From: Deferrisomatales bacterium
GTDB lineage: Bacteria > Desulfobacterota > Deferrisomatia > Deferrisomatales > JACRMM01
NCBI GenBank assembly: GCA_033551855.1
Contig: JAWSUI010000013.1
Span: 17,058-81,057 of the forward strand
DNA: 64,000 bases
Reading direction: 5' to 3'
Shown piece after piece: positions 1-9,420 of this stretch (position 1 is its first letter; each line of letters opens with the position of its first letter). Position numbers and translations under genes: made by a program. The notes beneath the pieces are model-generated. The model saw only the letters and a list, made by a program, of their open reading frames with translations, did no database searches and was not told the origin of the DNA.

Positions 1-2291
1 AAGAAGCGAAAGTAGATCGTTTTGGCCGAGAGCCCGTCGAAGAGCTCCTGGACCATCGGCTCATCCTCGGGGCGGATGGGCCGCACGAGCACGGGGGTGC
101 CCGACGCCATGACCCAGTGGCGCTCGTACTGGGTGGGGTAGGGGCGAATGACCAGGTGGTCGGGGCTCTGCACCGCGGTGGGCTCGAGCAGCACCCGGCC
201 ATCCACCGCCAGGACGTCTTGTCCGGAGAGGATCAAGGGGTTGATGTCGAGCTCGGCAATCTCGGGGAAGTCGGAGACGAGGTACGCCAGCCGCACGACC
301 ACTTCTTGCAGGAGCTCCAGGTTGGCCGGAGGCCGGTTGCGGTAGCCTTTGAGCAGCTGATAGACCTTGGTGGATTCGATGAGCCGGCGCGCCAGCAACA
401 TGTTCATGGGCGGCAGGCCGATGGCCTTGTCGCGCAGGATCTCCGTGAGAATGCCCCCCATCCCGAAGAGGACGGTGGGGCCGAAGTCTGCGTCCTTCTT
501 GCTCCCCACGATCACCTCGTGGTCCACCCGCTCCACCATGGGCTGCAGGGTGACCCCCAGGATGTGGGCATCGGGCTTGTACTGGCGGGCGTTCTCCAGC
601 ACCTTCCGGTAGGCGGTGCGCACGTCTTCGGCTGTGTGCAGGTTGAGCTGGATGCCTCCGGCGTCCGACTTGTGGCTGATGTCCCGGGAGTGGATCTTCA
701 AGACGATGGGGTAGCCGATCTCGTCCGCCCGCTCCACCGCCTGCTCCTCCGAGGTGGCGACCTCGGTGCGGTTGACCGGGATGCCGTAGGCGGCCAGGAG
801 CCCCTTGGCCTCGGTCTCGGTGAGCAAGAGCTGCTTGCGGTCGAGGGAGGCCTCGACGATCGCCCGGGCCCGCTTGCGGTCGAACAGGAGGTTGGGGGGG
901 AGGTTGGGCGGGGTCTCCTGGAGAAGCTCGAGGTTCTTCGAGTACAGGTGCATGTACATGAGGGTGTTGACGGCGCGCTCCGGGGTCTCGAACACCGGCA
1001 CGCCGGCCTCGTTCAGCGTCCGGATGCCCTCCGCCACGTCCATCCCCCCCATCCAGACCGCGCAGGCCGGGGTCTCGGACGCCTGGATCACGGGCACGAT
1101 CTCCCGGGCCGCGGCGGCCGGGTCGGTCATGGCCTGGGGGGCCAGCACCACCACCAGACCATCCACCTCGGGGGCGGCCAGGAGGATGCGGGCAGCGTCG
1201 CGGTAGCGCTCCGCGGGGGCGTCTCCCAGGATGTCCACGGGGTTGCCGCGGCTCCAGGCCGCCGGGAGCACGCCGTCGAGGGCCGCGATGGTCTCGGGCC
1301 CGAGCTCCGCCGGGGTGCGATTCCACTCGTGCAGGGCATCGGCCGTCATCACCCCGGGCCCTCCGGCGTTGGTCAGGATCGCGAGCCGTGGCCCCCGTCC
1401 CTTGCCTTGTTTGGCCAGGGCTTCGGCGCAGTCGAAGAGCTCCCCCAGGGTGTTCACCCGGATCACGCCGGCCCGGGCGAAGGCGGCGTCGTACACCTCG
1501 TCGTCTCCCACCAAAGAGCCCGTGTGGCTCGCCGCGGCCTTGGCGCCGGCGGCGCTGCGCCCCGCCTTGACCACGATGATGGGTTTCACGCGGCTCACCG
1601 CGCGGGCGGCGCTCATGAACTTTCGCATGTGGGTCAGGGCCTCCACGTAGAGCAGGATCGAATCCACGTCGGCCCGGTTGCCCAGGTAGTCCACGAGGTC
1701 GGCGAAATCCACGTCGGCCATGGCGCCGATGGAGACGAAGTGGCTGAACCCGATCTTGCCGGCCATGGCCCGGTCCAGGATGACCGTGCAGATGGCCCCG
1801 CTCTGGCTCAGGAGCGCCACGCGGCCCGGGTAGCACATGTGGGCGGCGAACGAGGCGTTGAGCTTTACCCCGGGAACGATGATGCCCAGGCAGTTGGGGC
1901 CCAGGAGCCGGATGCCGGTGCGGCGGGCGGTCTCCACGATCTCGGCCTCGACCCGGGCGCCCTCGCCCCCCACCTCGCGCCCCCCGGCCGAGATCACGAT
2001 CGCCGCCCCGACCTGCACCTGGGCGGCCTCTTCGAGCACCGCCGGCACGTTGGCGATGGGGACCGCGATGATGGCCAGATCCACGCTCGCCCCGATGGCG
2101 GCGAGGTTCGGATGGCACGCAAGTCCCAGGACGTCGGGATACTTGGGGTTCACGGGATGAATGGGGCCGGCAACGCCGCCGCCCACCAGGTTGCGCAGGA
2201 TCGCGTGCCCCACCGTTCCTTCCCGGGGCGTCGCGCCCACCACCGCGACCGATCGGGGTTCGAAGAGTTTTTCGAGATTTCGGGTGCTCAT
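1..2291 (-). CDS. Bifunctional acetate--CoA ligase family / GNAT protein lysine acetyltransferase (Pat/Pka-type), 3' end outside the window
   Basis: The real frame is missing from the ORF track. ATG at 2291 gives MSTRNLEKLFEPRSVAVVGATPREGTVGHAILRNL (CoA-binding domain). The same frame at the window start reads LVRPIRPEDEPMVQELFDGLSAKTIYFRF (start of a GNAT domain). Confidence 0.9.
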   Translation of the reverse strand, partial: MSTRNLEKLFEPRSVAVVGATPREGTVGHAILRNLVGGGVAGPIHPVNPKYPDVLGLACHPNLAAIGASVDLAIIAVPIANVPAVLEEAAQVQVGAAIVISAGGREVGGEGARVEAEIVETARRTGIRLLGPNCLGIIVPGVKLNASFAAHMCYPGRVALLSQSGAICTVILDRAMAGKIGFSHFVSIGAMADVDFADLVDYLGNRADVDSILLYVEALTHMRKFMSAARAVSRVKPIIVVKAGRSAAGAKAAASHTGSLVGDDEVYDAAFARAGVIRVNTLGELFDCAEALAKQGKGRGPRLAILTNAGGPGVMTADALHEWNRTPAELGPETIAALDGVLPAAWSRGNPVDILGDAPAERYRDAARILLAAPEVDGLVVVLAPQAMTDPAAAAREIVPVIQASETPACAVWMGGMDVAEGIRTLNEAGVPVFETPERAVNTLMYMHLYSKNLELLQETPPNLPPNLLFDRKRARAIVEASLDRKQLLLTETEAKGLLAAYGIPVNRTEVATSEEQAVERADEIGYPIVLKIHSRDISHKSDAGGIQLNLHTAEDVRTAYRKVLENARQYKPDAHILGVTLQPMVERVDHEVIVGSKKDADFGPTVLFGMGGILTEILRDKAIGLPPMNMLLARRLIESTKVYQLLKGYRNRPPANLELLQEVVVRLAYLVSDFPEIAELDINPLILSGQDVLAVDGRVLLEPTAVQSPDHLVIRPYPTQYERHWVMASGTPVLVRPIRPEDEPMVQELFDGLSAKTIYFRF

Positions 2292-2663
2292 GGCCTGCCT
2301 CGATTTCGCGGTCTTGTTTTGAATCCTGCCAAGGAATGAAGAGTGCCGGTCCGTTGAGGACCTCGGCGCATTTCACGTCACGATCGTCCAGATTCTTGGC
2401 GCGGGTGGCGACCCGACTCGGGCGCTTTGCGCGGGCCCCCTGCGCAGCCGGCTTTCAAAACCGGTCGCTGCCGAGGGCCCGCCTGTGAGCTCGCCAGGCT
2501 CAAAATCGAAGAGTTTCAGGCGGGGGCGCGCCTCTCTTCCTCGCTCCGGTGGTCAGGTGTCCCAGGAGGGTATCTCCCCGGGACCTTGCGTCAACCGGTC
2601 CACGGATCGGCGTTCGCGTCCGCGAGACCACGGCCCGCCGCTTGCGGTCCCGAGAAGTCCCTG

Positions 2664-2680
2664 TAACGTCTGACACGTTA
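2664..2680. promoter_or_regulatory. Palindrome TAACGT-N5-ACGTTA, possible operator between divergent genes
   Basis: Perfect AT-rich 6+6 inverted repeat in a GC-rich divergent intergenic region. Confidence 0.3.
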
Positions 2681-2754
2681 ACCAACTTGGCCGCCGTCTT
2701 GGCGTTTCCGAGGGCTACTGCTCCTGGCCCCACTTGAGAAGAGGAGAGCATCCC

Positions 2755-3072
2755 TTGACCGGAGTCGCTCGCATCTCGCCCCAGGAAGCGCACGAGAAGG
2801 TCCAGAACGGGCAGGCCCTCCTCGTCTGCGCCTACGCAGAACCTTTGAGATTCCAGGCCTTGCAACTCGAGGGCGCGATCTCTCTCCAGGAGTTTCGGTC
2901 CCATGGGGCCTCGATGTCCTGGGATCAGGAGATCGTCTTCTACTGCGCGTCCCCCGACGAGGAGATCGCCGCCGGCGAGGCGGCCAAGAGCATCGCCCTG
3001 GGATTTTCGAACGCCAAGGCGCTGCGCGGGGGCGTGGAGGGGTGGAAGGCCGCGGGGTACCCTCTCGTCTAG
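2755..3072 (+). CDS. Single-domain rhodanese-like protein
   Basis: TTG start after GAGGAG; IVFYC active-site loop and LRGGVEGWKAAGYP C-terminal signature. Confidence 0.8.
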   Translation: MTGVARISPQEAHEKVQNGQALLVCAYAEPLRFQALQLEGAISLQEFRSHGASMSWDQEIVFYCASPDEEIAAGEAAKSIALGFSNAKALRGGVEGWKAAGYPLV

Positions 3073-3115
3073 CCGGCGTGCGGCTTCCTTGGCTGTCCGA
3101 ACCAGGAATCGCGCG

Positions 3116-4588
3116 ATGGAAAGGGCTCTATTGAACGGCTTGGAACCGATGCTCGCCGCCTGGCCCTACCTGCTCGCGGCGCTCTACTCGGTGGTCTCCT
3201 TGACCGCGTCAGGCCACGCCGTGTTGCACAAGCGCGACACCCGCGCCGCCATCGGCTGGGCCGGGCTGATCTGGCTGACGCCGATCCTCGGTACGCTTCT
3301 CTACGTCTGGCTCGGGATCAACCGAATCGAGCGGCGCGCCCGGACGCTGCGCACCCGGCGCCCGGCGTCGGGGCCACCCACGGGTCTGTGCGAGTGTTCC
3401 GCCGAGGTGCTGGAAAACGCGCTCACCGCGCAGGGGATCCACCTCGTCTCTCTGGTCCGGCTGGTGGGCAACGTGACGCGGGGGCCGCTGGTTGCCGGCA
3501 ACCGCATTACACCCCTGGTGAACGGCGGCCAAGCCTACCCCGCCATGCTCTCGGCGATCGACGAAGCCTCGCGATCCGTCACCCTGACCACGTACATCTT
3601 CGAGAACGACCGGGCGGGCCGGCGCTTTCTGGAGGCGCTCCAGGGGGCGATGGCTCGGGGGGTGGAGGTGCGTCTGCTCCTCGACGACGTGGGGGCGCGC
3701 TACAGCTGGCGGCCGGTGCCGCGATTGCTCCGGGAGGCGGGCATTCCCGTCGCGACGTTTCTCCCCACGCGCATCCCCTGGCGGTTCCAGTACTCGAACC
3801 TGAGGAGCCACCGCAAGATCCTGGTGGCGGACGGGGTCGTCGGCTTCACGGGCGGCATGAACATCTACGAGGGCAACTGCCTGGAGCTCGAGCCCGGCCA
3901 CCCCGTCCAGGATCTGCACTTCAGGCTCACGGGGCCCGTGGTGGCCCAGCTCCAGGCGGCGTTCGCCGAGGACTGGGCCTTCTGCACCGGGGAGCCCTTG
4001 CAGGGGGCACCGTGGTTCGGGGAGCTGGAGCCCGCGGGCCCCGTGCTGGCGCGCGGGATCGCCGACGGGCCGGACGACGACTTCGAGAAGCTGCGCCTGG
4101 CGATCCTCGGGGCCATCGCCTGCGCTCGCGCGTCCATCCTCGTCGTCACCCCCTACTTCCTGCCCGATGCGTCGGTCATCACGGCCCTGAACGTGGCGGC
4201 CCTGCGGGGCGTCGCCGTGGACATCGTCCTGCCCGAGGAGAACGACCTGCGGCTGGTCAAATGGGCTTCCACGGCCCTTCTGGGCCAGGTGCTGGAGCGG
4301 GGCTGCCGGGTCTGGTCCTCGCCGGCGCCCTTCGATCACACGAAGCTGATGCTGGTGGACGGGGTGTGGACGCTGCTCGGTTCCGCCAACTGGGACCCCC
4401 GGAGCCTGCGGCTCAACTTCGAGTTCAACGTCGAGTGTTACGACCGCGAGCTCACGACCACGCTCACCGAGCACGTTCAGGGCAAGATCCGGCAGTCTCG
4501 CCCGGTGAGCCTGGCCGATGTCGAAGGGCGCAGCCTGCCCGTTAAGCTTCGAGACGGGGTGGCGCGCTTGTGCTCGCCGTACCTCTGA
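3116..4588 (+). CDS. cls: Cardiolipin synthase (PLD family)
   Basis: N-terminal TM segments (AAIGWAGLIWLTPILG); two HKD motifs, HRKILVAD and HTKLMLVD; GSANWDPRSLRLNFE. Confidence 0.9.
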   Translation: MERALLNGLEPMLAAWPYLLAALYSVVSLTASGHAVLHKRDTRAAIGWAGLIWLTPILGTLLYVWLGINRIERRARTLRTRRPASGPPTGLCECSAEVLENALTAQGIHLVSLVRLVGNVTRGPLVAGNRITPLVNGGQAYPAMLSAIDEASRSVTLTTYIFENDRAGRRFLEALQGAMARGVEVRLLLDDVGARYSWRPVPRLLREAGIPVATFLPTRIPWRFQYSNLRSHRKILVADGVVGFTGGMNIYEGNCLELEPGHPVQDLHFRLTGPVVAQLQAAFAEDWAFCTGEPLQGAPWFGELEPAGPVLARGIADGPDDDFEKLRLAILGAIACARASILVVTPYFLPDASVITALNVAALRGVAVDIVLPEENDLRLVKWASTALLGQVLERGCRVWSSPAPFDHTKLMLVDGVWTLLGSANWDPRSLRLNFEFNVECYDRELTTTLTEHVQGKIRQSRPVSLADVEGRSLPVKLRDGVARLCSPYL

Positions 4589-4869
4589 CCCCCCCCGTGG
4601 CGAGCCGGCGTGTCCCTGCCCCAAACGGCCGGTGTGCCGGCTCGCGGGAACTCCGGTGCACAACAACATTGGCCCTGTGAGGGCAGTCCATGCCGGGACC
4701 CACCAGACGTTTAGCGGGTGCCGGGCTTTACACGGCACGGGATCGCGGTATGGTGCTCCGGTACCGGAGGGCTCCCTCGCGGGCGACGGAAGGTGGCCGC
4801 CGCCGGCCGGGGGGTGATCGGCCCTGCGGCGCGGCGCGATTTCGGACCGCAACCGAGGAGGAGGCCATC

Positions 4870-5367
4870 GTGCAGGTCGTGCAGAAGATCACCCCCTGCC
4901 TGTGGTTCGACGATCAGGCCGAGGCGGCGGCTGCCTTCTACACGGCGATCTTCAAGGACTCCCGGATCGTGGCCGTGAGCCGCTACGGAGAAGCCGGGCA
5001 TGCGATCCACGGGAAACCTGCCGGATCGGTCATGACGGTCGAATTCGAGCTCTGCGGGCAGGCGTTCACCGCACTCAACGGCGGCCCGGAGTTTCGGTTC
5101 AACGAGGCCGTCTCGTTCCAGGTGGACTGCGAGACGCAGAAAGAGCTGGACTACTACTGGGAGAAGCTCTCTGCCGGGGGGGACGAGACGGCCCAGCAGT
5201 GCGGCTGGCTCAAGGACCGGTACGGCGTCTCGTGGCAGGTGAATCCCACGGCCGTGACGGAGTTGATCGGCGACCCCGACTCGGAAGCCTCGCAGCGCGC
5301 CATGGAGGCGCTGCTGCGCATGAAGAAGATCGACATCGCCGAGCTCCGGCGCGCGTATGCCGGGTAG
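4870..5367 (+). CDS. VOC family protein (PhnB / 3-demethylubiquinone-9 methyltransferase-like)
   Basis: QKITPCLWFDDQAEAAAAFY, ALNGGP, CGWLKDRYGVSWQV; GAGGAG RBS before GTG. Confidence 0.9.
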   Translation: MQVVQKITPCLWFDDQAEAAAAFYTAIFKDSRIVAVSRYGEAGHAIHGKPAGSVMTVEFELCGQAFTALNGGPEFRFNEAVSFQVDCETQKELDYYWEKLSAGGDETAQQCGWLKDRYGVSWQVNPTAVTELIGDPDSEASQRAMEALLRMKKIDIAELRRAYAG

Positions 5368-5400
5368 GAGAGGGCCTGGCTCCGTTCCCGAGGGTGCGCG

Positions 5401-5963
5401 ATGAAACGGGTTGGATGGGTCCTGGCTGTCGTCGTCCTGGCAGGGCTGCCCGGCAGCCCCTGGGGGCTCAACTGAGGGGGGGAGACCATCAGTCCGGGGG
5501 ATCGCAAGGTCGGGGTGCGGGGGAGTTGCGGCGATCCCTCCTGGAGGGAGGAGCGCCTGGTCGAGACCGCGGAGAGGGCTTTCTCGACACCCCGGACCCG
5601 ACTCTCCTGGACGGGCGCCGGACGGTCTCGACCATAGAAGATTAGGGGGTATCCATTTGAGTGCGGAAGGCACAAGATGTAGTGGTGCCTGTCCACCAGC
5701 TTGCGGCCACGTTCGTTCCCGAAGAGTAGCCCGGGCCGGGCGAAATTTAGCGCCCGTGCACGACGCCGAGCCCGTTGGCGTGCCCACAACCGGTAGTGTC
5801 CTGCGCACCGAAATGGATACCCCCTTTAGAAGATTGGGTCCACAACGTCGGCCCCGCCCGTCTCCTGCACTTCCTCGCCCGGCACCGCGTGCTGGGCGGA
5901 GAGCCTCGCCAGGGAGGAGCGAGCCGGACTTCCTCCACTGCGGCGGGCAGCCCTCCTGTGTGA
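5401..5963 (+). pseudogene. Degraded DUF2845-like secreted protein gene (nonsense codon, frameshift, MITE insertion)
   Basis: Signal-peptide-like MKRVGWVLAVVVLAGLPGSPWGLN, then TGA, then GGETISPGDRKVGVRGSCGDP. After a frameshift and removal of the MITE it reads TVSTIEDWVHNVGPARLLHFL, resembling the C-G..G-D..C-G-x-P..W-x-Y-N-x-G-P pattern. The 3' end is uncertain. Confidence 0.6.
5643..5826. mobile_element. 184-bp MITE with terminal inverted repeats and an 8-bp target duplication
   Basis: Left end TAGGGGGTATCCATTTGAGTGCG; reverse complement of right end AAGGGGGTATCCATTTCGGTGCG. Direct repeat TAGAAGAT at 5635-5642 and 5827-5834. Excision restores the codons ACC ATA GAA GAT TGG. Confidence 0.85.
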
Positions 5964-6274
5964 ACGCGACAACCGCCGAGCACGGGTCCCCCCGGCGGCC
6001 CATCCCGCAGGTGCGCCGGCTGGCCGCGGCCCGTCTCGTCCGGCACCTCGGCGGTCCCCTCTCCCCGCCGAGGCACCAAGCGGTCTCGAGGCACGTTCGA
6101 TCCGAGACGAAGTCGGTGCCGTCCGTGCGCCTCCCCGGGGGGCCCTCTCACGGGTGACAGGCTCGTGGGGCCCGAGCGAACCCGTCCTTACCCTTCACCG
6201 CCGACTCGGGTACTCTGGAGCTCAAGGGCGCCCTTCGGGGATATCGGGGCCGGGGGTGGCGCAGGATCGAGGAG

Positions 6275-7924
6275 ATGGCTGCACGCGGGGCAGATGCGGG
6301 GACGACCCGGGAAATCGACGCCCTCCAGCGCCGGGTGGCGGAGCTCGAGTCGATGGTGGCCGAGCGCGACTCCGACCTGGCGGCGGCCAGCGCGCGGTTG
6401 TCGCGCGAAGCCCGGGAACGGGAGCAGGCAGAAGCGGCCCGCCGGGAGAGCGAGCGCCGGGTTCGGGCGATCTTCGACCAGACCTTCCAGTTCATCGCCA
6501 TGCTCGAACCCGACGGCACCGTGGTCGAGGTGAACCGCACGGCGCTGCGCTTCGCCGGGGCCGTACCGGCCGAGGTGCTGGGCCGGCCCTTCTGGGATAC
6601 GCCGTGGTGGTCCCACTCGCCCCGGCTACAGGAGCGGCTGCGCCAGGCGGTGGCCTCGGCAGCCCGAGGAGAGTTCGTCCGCTTCGAGGCGACCCACCCG
6701 GGCCCCGGCGGCGCGGTCGCCTACATCGATTTCTCCCTCAAGCCGGTGAAGGACGAGACCGGGGAAGTGGAATTCCTGATCCCCGAGGGCCGGGATATCA
6801 CCGAGCACAAGCGCGACGAGGCCCGCCTGCGCGAGCGCACCGCCGCGCTGGCTGAGTCGGAGCTCAAGTACCGCACCCTCGTCGAGAACGTGCCCCTCGT
6901 CGTCTACCGCCTGAGCCCGGACGGGGAGGTCCTCTTCGTGAACCGGTTCGTCGAGGAGGCCTTTGGGTACAGCCCTGAGGAGGTGCTGCGCGATCCGGGC
7001 CTGTGGAGCCGCTGGGTCGATGAGGAGGACCGCCCCACGGTGGAGGGGTTTCGCGCCAAGGGCGTGCGGGAGGGCCGGGAGTTCCTGGCGGAGTATCGGG
7101 TGCGCCACCGGGAAGGGAAGACCGTTCACGTCTTGGATCACGCGATACCCAGCCGCGACGCCGAAGGCCGGGTATCCAGCGTGGGCGGCATCCTCCTGGA
7201 CGTGACGGGTCGCGTGAAGCTGCGCAAGGAGAGGATGCGGGCCAAGGAGCTCGAGACCCTCAACGAGGTCGCCGCGCGGCTTGCCCACGAGTTCCGCAAT
7301 CCCCTGACCTCCGTCGGTGGCTTCGCCCGGCGCCTGCTGGCTGGCCTCCCCCCGCAGGATCCGAACCGCCGACTGGTGGAGGTGATCGTCCAGGACGTGG
7401 CGCGCTTGGAGGCAATCCTGGGGGTCGTGCTCACGTACATCCAGCCCCTTGAGCTCGCCCTGTCCCCGACAGACCCCCGCCGGATCGTCGAGGCCGCGCT
7501 GGAGGCCATCAGAGGGACCGCCCAGGCCGCGCGGGTGCGGGTTGAGCAGAGCCCGGCGCCGACGGGCCTATGGATCTCCGCCGACGCGCCGCGCCTGGAG
7601 GCCGCGCTGGAGACCTTACTGCGCAATGCGCTGGCAAGCATGAAGGAAGGCGAGGTTCTGGCCGTGGAGAGCTGGGTGGAGGGGGACATGTTCCACCTGG
7701 CGCTGCGCTACCCCGCGCAGGCCGTATCCCCCGACGACATCGTCGATTTCTTTTACCCGGTCACCTCGCCCAGGATGCTGCAGCGTGCCGAGTGGCTCCC
7801 CATGTCGAAGGTCCTGGTCCACAAGCACGGCGGCACGCTCGATGTCGCCCTGGACGAGCCCGGCCGCATCGTGCTGCGGCTGGCGCTTCCCCTCCTGAAG
7901 TCCTTACGCCCCGCAACGGCGTGA
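6275..7924 (+). CDS. PAS-PAS sensor histidine kinase-like protein with degenerate HATPase domain
   Basis: Two PAS/PAC domains, H-box LAHEFRNPL, N-box LLRNA; no G1/G2 glycine boxes. Confidence 0.85.
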   Translation: MAARGADAGTTREIDALQRRVAELESMVAERDSDLAAASARLSREAREREQAEAARRESERRVRAIFDQTFQFIAMLEPDGTVVEVNRTALRFAGAVPAEVLGRPFWDTPWWSHSPRLQERLRQAVASAARGEFVRFEATHPGPGGAVAYIDFSLKPVKDETGEVEFLIPEGRDITEHKRDEARLRERTAALAESELKYRTLVENVPLVVYRLSPDGEVLFVNRFVEEAFGYSPEEVLRDPGLWSRWVDEEDRPTVEGFRAKGVREGREFLAEYRVRHREGKTVHVLDHAIPSRDAEGRVSSVGGILLDVTGRVKLRKERMRAKELETLNEVAARLAHEFRNPLTSVGGFARRLLAGLPPQDPNRRLVEVIVQDVARLEAILGVVLTYIQPLELALSPTDPRRIVEAALEAIRGTAQAARVRVEQSPAPTGLWISADAPRLEAALETLLRNALASMKEGEVLAVESWVEGDMFHLALRYPAQAVSPDDIVDFFYPVTSPRMLQRAEWLPMSKVLVHKHGGTLDVALDEPGRIVLRLALPLLKSLRPATA

Positions 7925-8174
7925 CCGGCACGCCAGACCCCGATGGGTCACTGGCAGTGCACTCAAGACGGGGTCTTCCGGGGAATGAAGGGTTTCCGCC
8001 CCCAAGGACGGCCCGGAGGGGGGCGGACACGGGCGAAGGTTCCTCCTCTCGGGGGAGGTGCTCTCTCCGGTTGCAGTGCAGCTGTCCCAACGGATGGTAC
8101 GTTCCAATGGTCGAGAGCGAGACCGGAAGCCGAGTGCCCGGCCGGGGGAGGTGCCCGCGGAAAGGAGCGACGCC

Positions 8175-8796
8175 ATGTCTTCTCCCCTGCAAGGAAAGCC
8201 GAAGTACCTGCTGGAATACCCGCTGATCCAGGCCCTCCTCGGCAGGAGGTCGCGGCGGTTCTTCCTGGGGGCGGAGCTCCCCGACGGGGTTTTCGCCTAC
8301 AAGTCGAAGCACGCGCCGGTGCCCCTGTCCGAGACCGAGAAGATGCTCCTGGTGGCCGCGTGCGGGGGAAACACCTCCTGGCACCACATGATCTACCGGG
8401 GGGAGACGTACGTTCCCCATCTGTCCAACTACGCGGGTGCCGCCGGGGGGAGGGTGTTCCCGTCCGCCGCCGACTTTCACACCTCCCAGACCTTCTTCAC
8501 CGACGACGACGGCCTCTACGTGCTCGACATGAGGGACGCTCCCGCATTCCAGGAAGGACGCGCGGGCGGTACGCTCCGCGGCCCAGGTCCACAGCGAGCG
8601 CTTTCGGGAGTGCGCGGCACTGCAGTGCCAGTACGTCTACGACACCTTCGGCAAGTTCCCCGGCACCGTGCCGTCCATGTTCCTCACCATGTACCTCCAG
8701 GCCCACCACCTGGACCTGGATTTCTACGACACCTTCTACCAGCCGGGCTCCTACCCGGAGACCCACCGAGACCACATGAAGAACTGGCACACCTGA
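8175..8796 (+). pseudogene. Internally deleted, frameshifted conserved protein gene (nitroreductase-like family)
   Basis: The N-part (LIQALLGRRSRRF...GRVFPSAA...FFTDDDG) joins out of frame near 8550 to a C-part (VRSAAQVHSERF...YDTFGKFPGTVP...QAHHLDLDFYD...HMKNWHT*). Confidence 0.6.
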
Positions 8797-8958
8797 AGGG
8801 GCGCTATCGGGGGTGGAGCGGGGGTCCAGGCAGCGGAAGTCGCGGGTATCGCTTCCGGCACCCAGCCTCAAAGGGGAAACCCCGGGACGGGCCGAGTCAA
8901 CCCGCCGCGGAACAACCCAGGGAGGGGGTTTTCGGCACCCTGCTGGAAGTGGCGCAAG

Positions 8959-8987
8959 TTGACGGCCCCCCCCACCGCTGCTAAAAG
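8959..8987 (+). promoter_or_regulatory. Sigma70-type promoter for the ferredoxin-mvhD-GNAT cassette
   Basis: TTGACG-N17-TAAAAG with an extended TG upstream of the -10. Confidence 0.45.
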
Positions 8988-9105
8988 AAAGGCCCTCGCT
9001 CACCCCCCCCGGCGGAAGCCGGACAGCGGGCACGCAGACGGGTTCATCGGTTGGTCCATCAAGAGGACGTTCCGCGGCCCACAGCTTGTGAGGAGACGAT
9101 CTCCC

Positions 9106-9375
9106 ATGACCGAACCTAGGGTTCCAGCTCCCGTACTCGTTTGCGATATTCTCCCGAAGATGTGCATTGGGTGCCGGCGGTGTGTTTCCTTGTGCACCTA
9201 CGGCGCCATAACGATGGTGGATACATTGGATGGGGACAAAGCTTTCGTCGACCCTTCGCGTTGTCATGGAGACGGTCTCTGCAACTCCCTGTGTGCCACC
9301 GGTGCAGCTGTATTACGAGGTCAGACAAACGCAGATATTTTTCGCCAAATTGATTCTGCCTTTCGATCTGTCTAG
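9106..9375 (+). CDS. Small 4Fe-4S dicluster ferredoxin resembling the HdrA C-terminal module
   Basis: CIGCRRCVSLC and CHGDGLCNSLC motifs; GAGGAG RBS. Confidence 0.8.
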   Translation: MTEPRVPAPVLVCDILPKMCIGCRRCVSLCTYGAITMVDTLDGDKAFVDPSRCHGDGLCNSLCATGAAVLRGQTNADIFRQIDSAFRSV

Positions 9376-9420
9376 TCAACACATGGTTGCACGGTTCGAT
9401 TTTTCAGAAAGGCAAAGCCA

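Noticed and set aside
61..2376. ORF-track proteins of 771 aa (-) and 740 aa (+), and the many other long Arg/Gly/Pro-rich ORFs across the window
   Set aside because: Shadow frames of GC-rich genes; here the true gene is in another minus frame that runs off the window
5473..5475. In-frame TGA at an apparent Cys position in the DUF2845-like gene as a second selenocysteine
   Set aside because: The same gene carries a frameshift and a MITE, and only a weak 4-bp hairpin follows, so a Cys-to-stop mutation is simpler. I would reconsider if intact homologs have TGA here.
8889..8968. Long imperfect stem (GGGCCG..TCAAC / GTTGA..CGGCCC) as an ncRNA or riboswitch
   Set aside because: No recognisable family motif; it overlaps the -35 of a predicted promoter, and such stems arise easily at high GC. 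An Rfam search would settle it.
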